A stretch of DNA of 64,000 nt, taken from sequence record OZ195934.1; one strand, 5' to 3'. The notes beneath the pieces were generated by a model. It did not search any database. It was given only the letters and a program-made list of their open reading frames with translations, and was not told the origin of the DNA. Made by a program: the position numbers and the translations under genes. Positions 1 to 8,385 of this stretch are shown piece by piece. Each line of letters begins with the position of its first letter. Position 1 is the stretch's first letter.

Positions 1-858
1 AGTGTTGCGCATAGCAGGTGCCATACGACTAGCAATAGTTTGCAAGTCAATTGGGATATCTAATGTACCAAGCGCGATACGAGCAACGTCAGCCACTTCA
101 GGCACACTATGATTCGCAGCGCCTTGCAAGCGTTCACGATATACACCGCGAGTTGCAGGGGTTAGAGCAGGCATCACCATTGGCGTGTTCGGAACACGTT
201 TCGCTGGTTTGTCTTCGATCCATTCAGCTTTCACTTCGTCGTGAAACTCTTCAAATCCCGGTACCATATCAGCCGTAACGATAATCGAGCGTGCAGTCGC
301 GATGTCTGGTTCTTTAGACATTTGAGCAGCTAGAATATTGATAGTCTTTTCTTCAGACTCAAGTAGCTTATCGGTATTGTATCCCGGTTTGTTGATAACG
401 AAGAAGCTGAAATCTTCAGCCATTTCATGATCGCCAACGTTTAGAATCTTAGTTGTTTCACAGCCGTAGCGTAGTTTCTTGAATAGCGTTTTGATACGCA
501 TATCGAACATCTTGCCACTGCCTTTCTTTTGTACGCGCATTGATACAGCGTTTGCACGAACTTTCAGCATGAATTCTTGAACAAGTTTAACCAACGTTTC
601 TTGGAACTTTTGTTGATCACCCATATCACGAATAGTTAATCCGCCTTTTTTACCGCGCATTGCAGTAACAGTACAGAACCAAGCGCGTTTAGTACGGTCG
701 CCTAGCCCCGATTTTGTTTTACTTGTAAACGTGACAACGACATCTTTGGTCTCACCAGCCATATCGATGACAAAGTAACGATTGACTTTGGTCGAGCGAG
801 CCGGGTAGTAGTTATAAGTTGAAGTTGCTGTCTCATTTAATTCTTGAAATCCAATCAT
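1..858 (-). CDS. Alt-like virion-packaged protein, N-terminal part (runs off the window)
   Basis: Open frame from ATG at 858 to the window edge (MIGFQELNE TATSTYNYYPARSTKVNRYFVDM...NAVSMRVQKKGSGK); absent from the ORF track because truncated. Late promoter upstream. Weak resemblance to the T4 Alt N-terminus (from memory); no catalytic ART domain visible. Confidence 0.5.
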   Translation of the reverse strand, partial: MIGFQELNETATSTYNYYPARSTKVNRYFVIDMAGETKDVVVTFTSKTKSGLGDRTKRAWFCTVTAMRGKKGGLTIRDMGDQQKFQETLVKLVQEFMLKVRANAVSMRVQKKGSGKMFDMRIKTLFKKLRYGCETTKILNVGDHEMAEDFSFFVINKPGYNTDKLLESEEKTINILAAQMSKEPDIATARSIIVTADMVPGFEEFHDEVKAEWIEDKPAKRVPNTPMVMPALTPATRGVYRERLQGAANHSVPEVADVARIALGTLDIPIDLQTIASRMAPAMRNT

Positions 859-890
859 TTTTTAGACTCGCCTTATTGAAAATATACCTG

Positions 891-898
891 TATTTATG
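891..898 (-). promoter_or_regulatory. T4-type late promoter (CATAAATA)
   Basis: + strand tatttatg, 33 nt upstream of the ATG at 858. Confidence 0.6.
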
Positions 899-950
899 AG
901 AGTGCATTAACACCCATCTAGAACTATTTAAACTTTTTTTACGAAAGTGG

Positions 951-979
951 TTGCATCGAATTCAAAATACGCCTAATAT
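951..979 (+). promoter_or_regulatory. Early sigma70-type promoter, class A
   Basis: TTGCAT-17-TAATAT, followed by ATCGAAACGAAAC at 986-998. Confidence 0.75.
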
Positions 980-1022
980 CTCTACATCGAAACGAAACAC
1001 ACTAATCACAAGAGAGAAAATT

Positions 1023-1541
1023 ATGACTAAACTTAACGCTCAGACTGCTACTAACGCTCAAATCGCTGAATTCTACGGTATGACTCTTGATCCGTCGGGT
1101 ATGCCTTACGCACTTGACGCGAAATCACGTCGTCATTACATCACTGATTTGCGTTCAAAGTTTCGTAAAGAAGCAGCTAAGAAGACTTCACGCAAAGTAG
1201 CTACTGCGACTCGTAAAATTGAATTACCAAGCGCAGAAGAGCATTTAGCGATGCTGAACACTGATTTCACTGAACATCAATGGTTCATTCGCGAATCTCA
1301 GCCGGGTCTTGATATCTCAGAACTTGGTTTACGCTTCTACTTCATCGGCGGTGCTAACATTCATCAACTGAACATTCGCACAAAACACTTCTCAAACAAA
1401 GAGTTAGAGAATTTCTATGCGAACAAGAAGATTCTGAAAGGTCACAAGGGTACTGGTTCAGTCACAATTGGCTCTCTTTCATACGAAGAAGTTGTTCAAA
1501 TCGCACAAGATATGATTGAAAAGTCAGAAAGTGTGATTTAA
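1023..1541 (+). CDS. Early protein, possible remote MotA-CTD-like DNA-binding protein
   Basis: Real start probably ATG 1023 after GAGAG RBS. Basic linker KKTSRKVATATRK, then an alpha/beta domain; see findings. Confidence 0.8.
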   Translation: MTKLNAQTATNAQIAEFYGMTLDPSGMPYALDAKSRRHYITDLRSKFRKEAAKKTSRKVATATRKIELPSAEEHLAMLNTDFTEHQWFIRESQPGLDISELGLRFYFIGGANIHQLNIRTKHFSNKELENFYANKKILKGHKGTGSVTIGSLSYEEVVQIAQDMIEKSESVI

Positions 1542-1566
1542 GTCACGAAAAAGTAGTGTTCGGGTA

Positions 1567-1595
1567 TTGACAGTAACATCGAAATACCCGATAAT
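1567..1595 (+). promoter_or_regulatory. Early promoter inside an inverted repeat
   Basis: TTGACA-17-GATAAT flanked by TCGGGTATT...AATACCCGA. Confidence 0.65.
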
Positions 1596-1640
1596 AAACA
1601 CATCAAGACGACATAGACAACTACTTAAAGAGAGAACATT

Positions 1641-2459
1641 ATGACTATCACTAAAATTCAAATCGAAACTATCGCACAAGACTTAATGAGCGGCAACAAC
1701 GCAATGGGACGCGACCTTATTTCTGAAGGTTGGACATTCGGTTGGTCAACTCGTAAAGCTGCACTTGGTGATTGTTCTTACCGTGACCGTCATCTTCGTC
1801 TTTCTTCAGTGTTTCTAAATGCACGTACGCTAGATGAGCAAATCAACACAATCACACACGAAATGGCTCACGCTATCGCATGGACTGATTTCAACGAGCG
1901 TGGTCACGGTGCAACTTGGAAACGTGTTCATCGTCAACTAGGTGGTACTGCGGAACGTTGTTCTTCAGTTTCTAACCCTGACGCTCTTCCTGATGCAAAA
2001 TACACTGTGTTTTTCATCAACGCAAACGACGAAATCGAAGTTGTTCAAACTACAGACCGTCGCACTAAGAAATTTCAACCACAATACATCAAGTCAATCT
2101 ACTTGCGTGGTCGTAAGTCTGAGACTGAAGGTAAAATTCGTTGTGTAGCAACTGCGACATTCAACGCAATCAAAGCTGACTTAGAAGCTTCTAAAGAGCC
2201 TAAAGCTGAAGTTGCACCTGCTCCAGTAGCTGCTCCTAAGAAAGAAGAGAAAGCAGCACCTGCACCTGCTAAGAAAGTAACTGCACGTGGTGAAGCAGCT
2301 CGTGGTCAAATCGCTGCTAAAGCAATCGCAACGCTTGATTTCACTGACGTATCATTTGAACAACGTGGCAAATACAAAGACTGGTACATTCTTGCAACTG
2401 TTAAAGGCGAGAAATTCGAACAGCGTCTAGACAGCTTCAAAAAGAAAAACAACTTTTAA
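1641..2459 (+). CDS. SprT-like zinc metalloprotease domain protein
   Basis: LGDCSY...IxLS...TITHEMAHA (HExxH)...GHGATWK, typical of SprT; Ala/Pro/Lys linker and small C-terminal domain. Confidence 0.8.
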   Translation: MTITKIQIETIAQDLMSGNNAMGRDLISEGWTFGWSTRKAALGDCSYRDRHLRLSSVFLNARTLDEQINTITHEMAHAIAWTDFNERGHGATWKRVHRQLGGTAERCSSVSNPDALPDAKYTVFFINANDEIEVVQTTDRRTKKFQPQYIKSIYLRGRKSETEGKIRCVATATFNAIKADLEASKEPKAEVAPAPVAAPKKEEKAAPAPAKKVTARGEAARGQIAAKAIATLDFTDVSFEQRGKYKDWYILATVKGEKFEQRLDSFKKKNNF

Positions 2460-2477
2460 GATTTACGAGTAGAGCAT

Positions 2478-2499
2478 AGCCCCGAAAGGGGCTTTTTTT
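2478..2499 (+). terminator. Rho-independent terminator
   Basis: AGCCCC-GAAA-GGGGCT + T7. Confidence 0.9.
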
Positions 2500-2508
2500 A
2501 GGTTTGAG

Positions 2509-2582
2509 CGGAATTATTCCGTCTCATCTTAGTAGTATTAGTGACTTTAGTGATATTAGAGTAATTAGGGGTATTAGTTTAG
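2509..2582. repeat. Palindrome plus six 9-bp TTAG-N5 direct repeats (copy 1)
   Basis: CGGAA-TTA-TTCCG TCTCATC, then TTAG at 2529, 2538, 2547, 2556, 2565, 2574. Confidence 0.9.
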
Positions 2583-2606
2583 AACCACCGCGAATCGTCG
2601 TATAAT
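2577..2606 (+). promoter_or_regulatory. Class B promoter
   Basis: GTTTAGA-17-TATAAT upstream of glutaredoxin. Confidence 0.7.
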
Positions 2607-2624
2607 ACACGTCGAGGTGATGAA

Positions 2625-2867
2625 ATGATAACAATCTACACAATTCCTAACTGTGACGGTTGCCGACATGCAATCGCACTCTGTAAGTTCAAGAAAATCC
2701 CTTTCGAAGAAATCTCGCTTGATTCTGAAGCTAAAATAGCTGCACTCCATAAACGTCTCGGTGGTAATCGTAACATTCGAGTACCGTTAGCTGTTGACTC
2801 TGACGACACGTATATCGGTCACTTACCAGAGCTTAAACAGTACGTTGATAGCAAGCTGTATAAATAG
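2625..2867 (+). CDS. Glutaredoxin (NrdC/NrdH-like)
   Basis: 80 aa, IYTIPNCDGC (CxxC), VP motif, YIG. Confidence 0.85.
   Translation: MITIYTIPNCDGCRHAIALCKFKKIPFEEISLDSEAKIAALHKRLGGNRNIRVPLAVDSDDTYIGHLPELKQYVDSKLYK
2859..2866 (+). promoter_or_regulatory. T4 late promoter
   Basis: Exact TATAAATA upstream of gene 24. Confidence 0.85.
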
Positions 2868-2924
2868 AAGAAACACGCAAATACTCTCCGCTGAAATGCG
2901 GCAATAAATTAAAGGAACGAACAA

Positions 2925-3824
2925 ATGACTGTATCTATCGGTAACGGTTTACCAGACATTGTTACAGTTCAGAAACGACTATATCCGCTTATCTTTACGG
3001 AAATTGTGTCTGAACAACCAACAAAACAGCCAATCGCGACTGCGTACGGCTTTAAAGCTATCAAAGACACTGACGATTCAAGTGGCTGGGGGCAGTGGAA
3101 ATTCTCGCTTGACCGTTGGTCTGCGACTGCCGAAGCAACAAAGCTAAAAACTGATATCTCTCTTGAAGCTATTCAAGACATGGAAGCACTTGGGCTCGGC
3201 ACTGACTTAATCGTTGACTCACTAGCTGATCAAGCGGCAGATGACATCAACACGAATATCATCACTGCACTGAACGCGATTTCAACACTTGGTACTGCGA
3301 TTGACGTTAGCTCAATCACTGGCAAATTCAACAAAGGCCGTGAGTTGTATGCTCTTGCACACGTCGAAGCTTCTAAACTTGAAAAAGAGTCTGGTTGTCA
3401 GGGTTCGTACATCGTAGCAGGCAGCGAGACATTTGGTCTAATCGTTGGTTCTGGTATGGCAAAACGCATTGGTGAATCGAACGTTTATAAATTAGACTCT
3501 GGTCTTAAACTTGTCCATGACAAGTACGCAACGACTGAATACTTCACAGTTGGCGTTAAGAAAGAAATGTCTGATTTCGAAATCTCAAGTCTGATCTTCA
3601 GTCCGTACAATTTCGATGGCGAAACTGGTGGCGGTATTGCTTATCAGCACGAAGGGCAAGACCCTAAGACATTCAACCCAATCTTTGCGATTATCGCACG
3701 ATACGCACTGACAGTTGCACCGCTTGAATCTGATCAAACGGGCGCTAGTGATATCGATTGGGACGATCTTGGTGACAAGGCTAACAGTTCTAAGCTATCA
3801 GCAACATTTGCCGTAACGCTATAG
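2925..3824 (+). CDS. 24: Capsid vertex protein gp24
   Basis: IFTEIVSEQPTKQPIATAYG, KLKTDISLEAIQD, SLIFSPY, IIARYAL: gp23/gp24 family, 299 aa, late promoter. Confidence 0.8.
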   Translation: MTVSIGNGLPDIVTVQKRLYPLIFTEIVSEQPTKQPIATAYGFKAIKDTDDSSGWGQWKFSLDRWSATAEATKLKTDISLEAIQDMEALGLGTDLIVDSLADQAADDINTNIITALNAISTLGTAIDVSSITGKFNKGRELYALAHVEASKLEKESGCQGSYIVAGSETFGLIVGSGMAKRIGESNVYKLDSGLKLVHDKYATTEYFTVGVKKEMSDFEISSLIFSPYNFDGETGGGIAYQHEGQDPKTFNPIFAIIARYALTVAPLESDQTGASDIDWDDLGDKANSSKLSATFAVTL

Positions 3825-3832
3825 GGTGACAC

Positions 3833-4354
3833 ATGAAAACACATTATGTAGATAATAAAGCTCTATACGCATCGATTTGCGAATGGAAAGAAGAAATGAA
3901 GAACGCTGAAGAAGGCGTTTTCGTGCCAGTCCCTGATTTCGTGGCAATTAGTATCATGAAAATCAGCGAGAACTTGACTCGTCGTTACAACTTTAGCAAT
4001 TACACGCAGCCGTGGAAAGAAGAAATGGTTGGTGATGCGATTGAGCATTGCTTACGCTACGTGAAGAACTTCGACACTGAGCGATTCAAAAACCCACACG
4101 CGTATATCACTCGTATCTGTTTCAATGCATTCGTGCAGCGTATTAAGAAAGAACGCCAAGATACAGCGATTAAATATAAAGTATTCTTGTCAGATTCGTC
4201 AAACTACACCGTTGAGGGTGAAGACGTTGATTTCGACTTCATGCAGCAAATGCTAGAACGCGTGAACTCATTCGACGAATCTCGCAAATCAAACAAATCT
4301 GAATCTGCCCCTAGCAAGAAAGACGATTCGAACTTACAAAAATTTTACGATTAA
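3833..4354 (+). CDS. 55: Late-transcription sigma factor gp55
   Basis: HYVDNKALY, NFSNYT, WKEEMVGDAIE, NPHAYITRICFNAFVQRIKKE. Confidence 0.95.
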   Translation: MKTHYVDNKALYASICEWKEEMKNAEEGVFVPVPDFVAISIMKISENLTRRYNFSNYTQPWKEEMVGDAIEHCLRYVKNFDTERFKNPHAYITRICFNAFVQRIKKERQDTAIKYKVFLSDSSNYTVEGEDVDFDFMQQMLERVNSFDESRKSNKSESAPSKKDDSNLQKFYD

Positions 4355-4363
4355 GGAATTAAC

Positions 4364-5800
4364 ATGTTAGGTACCTTTGACTCATTTCTGAGTGAAAATC
4401 GCCGTCAAACTCAGGGTGGTAAAATCTACCCTAAGTTTGGTCAAGTATTTGTTGAGCTAGGCACAGCTTCTACCGACTTCAGCAAAGAAAAAGGCGTTGA
4501 AACAACTATCGGTATGATGGAAAAAGCGAATGAGCTTAAATCTATCATGCAATCTAAACTATTCGAAGACAGCAACGTTGATCACACTAAATTCGACATG
4601 AATCTAAGTGAAAACGTTTCAGTTATCAACTTGCTAATGGAAGAAGAATTCCTAGCATGTAAGCCGACTGAACTTGCGCAACTAAAGTCGATGACCACTG
4701 TGTCTGAAGCTCGTATGCCAAGTCTTGTCGTGAAAGGCGGTGAACTTACGACTATCGTTAGCGAAGCAACTAAGCTTGGTTACAAAAAGTCTGATATTCA
4801 CGTGATCTTCCCGATGGCTGAAATGAAAATCGAACTTGCTGACAGCGACAAGCTAGTGGTTGAAGCACTATCGTTTGATGGACGTACAGCTACTGAAATT
4901 CTGGCAATGGGTTCTCGCATTCAACTTGGCGACGTTTACGTAGTGAGCGAGTCCGTTGAGTCGAACGCTGACGTGCTAGGTCTTGAAGAGATTCGCATCA
5001 ATCGCATGACGCTTGGCGCTCTTAACCGTCACGTTATGAACTGCTTTGTTGTTAAAGAAGCGGCTGAAACGTCATACGCGCACGCTGCGGTTAAAGAAAT
5101 CACTGATCGCCCTGCGCTATCAGGCTTCAAAGCATACGATTTGAAACCAAACGTGACTATGCTTGAACATGCACAAAACGCATTCTCAAAAGACATTGCT
5201 AAAGCTCCGCTTTCTGCAACTGCATGGGAAAAGCTTGTTGATGTGAAAGAAGTGTATTTCGACAATGGTTGGAAACTGAAGCACAACAACACAAGTCTTG
5301 TTCTAACAAACGCTGAAAACGCTATGCGTCATGGTCGTGTTTGTGAAGAATATCGTGTTGAACTGTCTGAAGCAGGTTATCCGCTTCTTGATATGATCGC
5401 GATGATGGAACGCAACGAAGAAATTCGTTGGGACTGTGCTTCGTTTGCTAAACACATGATGAAATTCGACGGTGCTATCACCCCAGAACGTCAATCTGTG
5501 ACAGCATTTACGACTGAATCATCTTCTAATCGCGTATTCCACCCGCATGTGATGTCTGACCTACGTCCAGTTACTGAAGCGGCAGACGACGTTGACAGCT
5601 TGATTCGTGCTATCGCGAATGATCAGTTCAGTTCATTCAAGATCAGTCAAGCATTCTCTGAGCAGATGCTAGATCAAGAAACGCTTTACTCTATGATGGA
5701 ATCAATCGTTTCTGAAGGTATCGACGTTGACGCTGATGGTGATTTGATTACTTTCAAAGTTAATGCGACTCAGTACCACATTCAACTAGACATTAAGTAG
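4364..5800 (+). CDS. Hypothetical 478-aa protein, likely head-internal; degenerate P-loop-like N-domain
   Basis: Starts MLGTFDSFLSE; several (V/L)xE-A/S sites; see findings. Confidence 0.85.
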   Translation: MLGTFDSFLSENRRQTQGGKIYPKFGQVFVELGTASTDFSKEKGVETTIGMMEKANELKSIMQSKLFEDSNVDHTKFDMNLSENVSVINLLMEEEFLACKPTELAQLKSMTTVSEARMPSLVVKGGELTTIVSEATKLGYKKSDIHVIFPMAEMKIELADSDKLVVEALSFDGRTATEILAMGSRIQLGDVYVVSESVESNADVLGLEEIRINRMTLGALNRHVMNCFVVKEAAETSYAHAAVKEITDRPALSGFKAYDLKPNVTMLEHAQNAFSKDIAKAPLSATAWEKLVDVKEVYFDNGWKLKHNNTSLVLTNAENAMRHGRVCEEYRVELSEAGYPLLDMIAMMERNEEIRWDCASFAKHMMKFDGAITPERQSVTAFTTESSSNRVFHPHVMSDLRPVTEAADDVDSLIRAIANDQFSSFKISQAFSEQMLDQETLYSMMESIVSEGIDVDADGDLITFKVNATQYHIQLDIK

Positions 5801-5806
5801 GGTCAA

Positions 5807-6457
5807 ATGGCTAAATCATTAAACGATTTTCTGACTGAAGTTCAGAAATATAGCTCGGCAGCTACATCTATTCGCGGTAAAGAAGTTGCCGCGTTGGTTA
5901 AACTGTTCAAAGCGGGCATGTTTGTACCGGGTGGCACTGCGCTAGATTACGGTGCGGGTAAGTACGGTCGTAATGCTGAATACTTACGTGGCGAGGGTGT
6001 TCGCACTTACGCATACGACAAGTTCAACGGTACATCGGCAGACGGTTGGGTTGACGTGAGTCTAACAATCCCAGCGGGTCAAATGTTCGATACGTCGTTC
6101 ACGTCGTACGTTCTGAACGTAGTTCCACAAGAAGTCGAAGCTGAAATCATTCGCGAGATTGAATCACTTACGACTGGTAAAGTGTTCCACATTACACGTG
6201 GTTCTGACATCACTCAAACGGTATTCAACGTTATCAGTGGTAAGTCTAAGAACGCAGTGATGATGGAATTCCTTGAAACTGAGCAACCAGATTTGTACGC
6301 TCAAGTTCAAGCAGGTGAAAACTTGAAAGCAGTAGCTAAAGAGATCGCGACTCGCGGTGTCGTTACAGCTAAAGACAGTTTCCAACGCATTCCTGACCTT
6401 TCTCAGTACGGTTACAAACGTTCTGGTTCTGGTGCATCGATGGTGTGGACAAAATAA
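5807..6457 (+). CDS. Class I SAM-dependent methyltransferase
   Basis: ALDYGAGKYGRN (motif I), AYD, FDTSFTSYVLNVV; N-terminus MAKSLNDFLTE. Confidence 0.8.
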   Translation: MAKSLNDFLTEVQKYSSAATSIRGKEVAALVKLFKAGMFVPGGTALDYGAGKYGRNAEYLRGEGVRTYAYDKFNGTSADGWVDVSLTIPAGQMFDTSFTSYVLNVVPQEVEAEIIREIESLTTGKVFHITRGSDITQTVFNVISGKSKNAVMMEFLETEQPDLYAQVQAGENLKAVAKEIATRGVVTAKDSFQRIPDLSQYGYKRSGSGASMVWTK

Positions 6458-6474
6458 TTTCGATTATTTCAATA

Positions 6475-6528
6475 AAAGGGTTGCTTCGGCAACCCTTTTT
6501 GCGTATTATAGCTCTATCGAAACGAAAC
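6475..6528 (+). promoter_or_regulatory. Fused terminator / early promoter cassette (PeSL-like)
   Basis: AAAAGGGTTG-CTTCGG-CAACCCTTTTT hairpin with TTGCTT(6481)-17-TATTAT and ATCGAAACGAAAC. Confidence 0.85.
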
Positions 6529-6532
6529 GACT

Positions 6533-6562
6533 GTTTAATACGTCATCAATCTGTTTTATACT
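6533..6562 (+). promoter_or_regulatory. Class B promoter
   Basis: GTTTAAT-17-TATACT in tandem with the class A promoter. Confidence 0.7.
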
Positions 6563-6588
6563 ATGAATCTACTTGAGAGAACAATATT

Positions 6589-7035
6589 ATGATCTATATT
6601 CAAACTAGCAACATCCTATCTGACGACACTCTTGGCTTTGCGCTTGGTGGTGCCCCTCGTCTCGATACTTTGCCAGAAAAAGAACGCAATAATGTTCTTC
6701 TCAAAGCACTCGAAATCAAACTATATGAACGTCTGCCGTCAACTGCTGTATTCGATCATCTACTTCAAAACTCTATCCCGTTCATCGCGATTCTGAGCGA
6801 TATCGAAGAAATTGCTATGCAGCAATCGATTTGGTTCGAAGCAATTTCGAAGAACAAAGGTATCGATATCATGTACACTGCGATGTCTGACGTTGAACAC
6901 AGCGAAGACACGATGCTAATTGCTGAAGATCGCGACGCTCTAATTCGTCAAGGTCAAGCAGGTGGTCGTATTCTACCATTTAGCACAGAAACGCAGATGC
7001 CATTCATCATCGAGACGCTTAACTTACCTCAATAA
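6589..7035 (+). CDS. Hypothetical protein
   Basis: 148 aa ORF with GAGAG RBS. Confidence 0.8.
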   Translation: MIYIQTSNILSDDTLGFALGGAPRLDTLPEKERNNVLLKALEIKLYERLPSTAVFDHLLQNSIPFIAILSDIEEIAMQQSIWFEAISKNKGIDIMYTAMSDVEHSEDTMLIAEDRDALIRQGQAGGRILPFSTETQMPFIIETLNLPQ

Positions 7036-7044
7036 GGAATCATA

Positions 7045-7419
7045 ATGCAAGAACAGACACCATTAGCTCAAGACACTGACATCGGCGAAGCAGTCGCTGA
7101 CCCTGAAGTTCTTGAGTATCTTGAAAAGCTAAAGCAGCATCGCCAAGAAACTATCGAACGCGAAGCTAATCGTCGCATCAAGAAAAACAAGCGTGAGATT
7201 AAACGTCTGCACAAACACGCTCAGGAATGTCTAATCAATGACAATAAAGACGGTTACATTTATGCTATCGGTAAGCTGCGTAAACTAACTGGTCATGTTG
7301 TCGGTGATGATGTGCTTGAAACTCTATGGCAAACAAGTCGTGAGCAAGTACAAAAGATCGCTGCTTCATTCGCTGAAGCTCAAGCAAACTTGCCTGAAGG
7401 GCAAAATTTCAGTCAATAG
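7045..7419 (+). CDS. a-gt.4: T4 a-gt.4-like conserved protein
   Basis: EANRRIKKNKREIKRLHKHA...YIYAIGKLR. Confidence 0.75.
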   Translation: MQEQTPLAQDTDIGEAVADPEVLEYLEKLKQHRQETIEREANRRIKKNKREIKRLHKHAQECLINDNKDGYIYAIGKLRKLTGHVVGDDVLETLWQTSREQVQKIAASFAEAQANLPEGQNFSQ

Positions 7420-7426
7420 GTGATAC

Positions 7427-7882
7427 ATGAACATCAAGTCAGGCGCTGGTTATCCAGCCAGTGCTTTGTCTAACTTCGCACCTCATTCATTCACACTGGA
7501 TGGGGTTGAATGCGCGTCTATGGAAGGGTTTCTTCAGTCTTTGAAGTTCAAAAACCCTGATATGCAACGTGAAGTCTGCAAATTAGTAGGCAAAGTTGCT
7601 AAAGCACGCGGTGCAAAGAAGAACTGGCAACGCACTCAAACTCTATATTGGCAAGGTGTGCCGATTCAACGTGCTTCTGATGGCTATCAGACGTTGCTTG
7701 ATGATGCATACGCTGCATTAGCTCAGAACGAGAAATTCAAGCGTGCATTACTCGCGACTGGTAAAGCTACTCTTACTCACTCTATCGGGCGTAAGAAGCA
7801 ATCTGAGACGGTTCTAACGGTACAAGAGTTCTGTAGTCGTCTAACTGACATTCGCGACTTTCTTCAAGGGGTAGAATCATGA
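7427..7882 (+). CDS. 30.3: NADAR-family ADP-ribosylhydrolase (T4 gp30.3-like)
   Basis: YPASALSNFAPHSF, SMEGFLQSLKF, FKRALLATG, LTHSIG. Confidence 0.85.
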   Translation: MNIKSGAGYPASALSNFAPHSFTLDGVECASMEGFLQSLKFKNPDMQREVCKLVGKVAKARGAKKNWQRTQTLYWQGVPIQRASDGYQTLLDDAYAALAQNEKFKRALLATGKATLTHSIGRKKQSETVLTVQEFCSRLTDIRDFLQGVES

Positions 7883-8385
7883 GAATGACAAATCTTCGAT
7901 TAGCCTTGAATTCAGTGTTTAAATCGCGTAAAGAAAAGCCTATTCTATATCTCGACATGGACAATGTACTCGTTGATTTTCAGAGTGGTATTGATTCTCT
8001 CTCAATGTGGGAAAAGCATCAATATGATGGCAAATACGACGAATGTCCGGGAATCTTCGCGAACATGAAACCGTATGCAGGTGCTGTTGCAGCGTTTCTA
8101 GCACTGTCTGATCACTTTGACGTGTATATTCTGTCAACTGCTCCGTGGGAAAACCCGGGTGCATGGCAAGATAAGCGCAATTGGGTTCAGCGTTATCTAG
8201 GTGAACGCGCTCATAAGCGTTTGATTCTGTCGCATAACAAAAATCTGAACTTCGGTCATTATCTCGTCGATGATCGCACCGCGAATGGTGCAGGCGAGTT
8301 CATGGGCGAACATATTCACTTTGGCACTGACAAATACCCTGATTGGTCGTCTGTTGTGTCATATCTTTTGAAGGAAATAGAATGA
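7879..8385 (+). CDS. 5'(3')-deoxyribonucleotidase (HAD)
   Basis: LYLDMDNVLVDF, ILSTAPW, LVDDR. Confidence 0.9.
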   Translation: MRMTNLRLALNSVFKSRKEKPILYLDMDNVLVDFQSGIDSLSMWEKHQYDGKYDECPGIFANMKPYAGAVAAFLALSDHFDVYILSTAPWENPGAWQDKRNWVQRYLGERAHKRLILSHNKNLNFGHYLVDDRTANGAGEFMGEHIHFGTDKYPDWSSVVSYLLKEIE

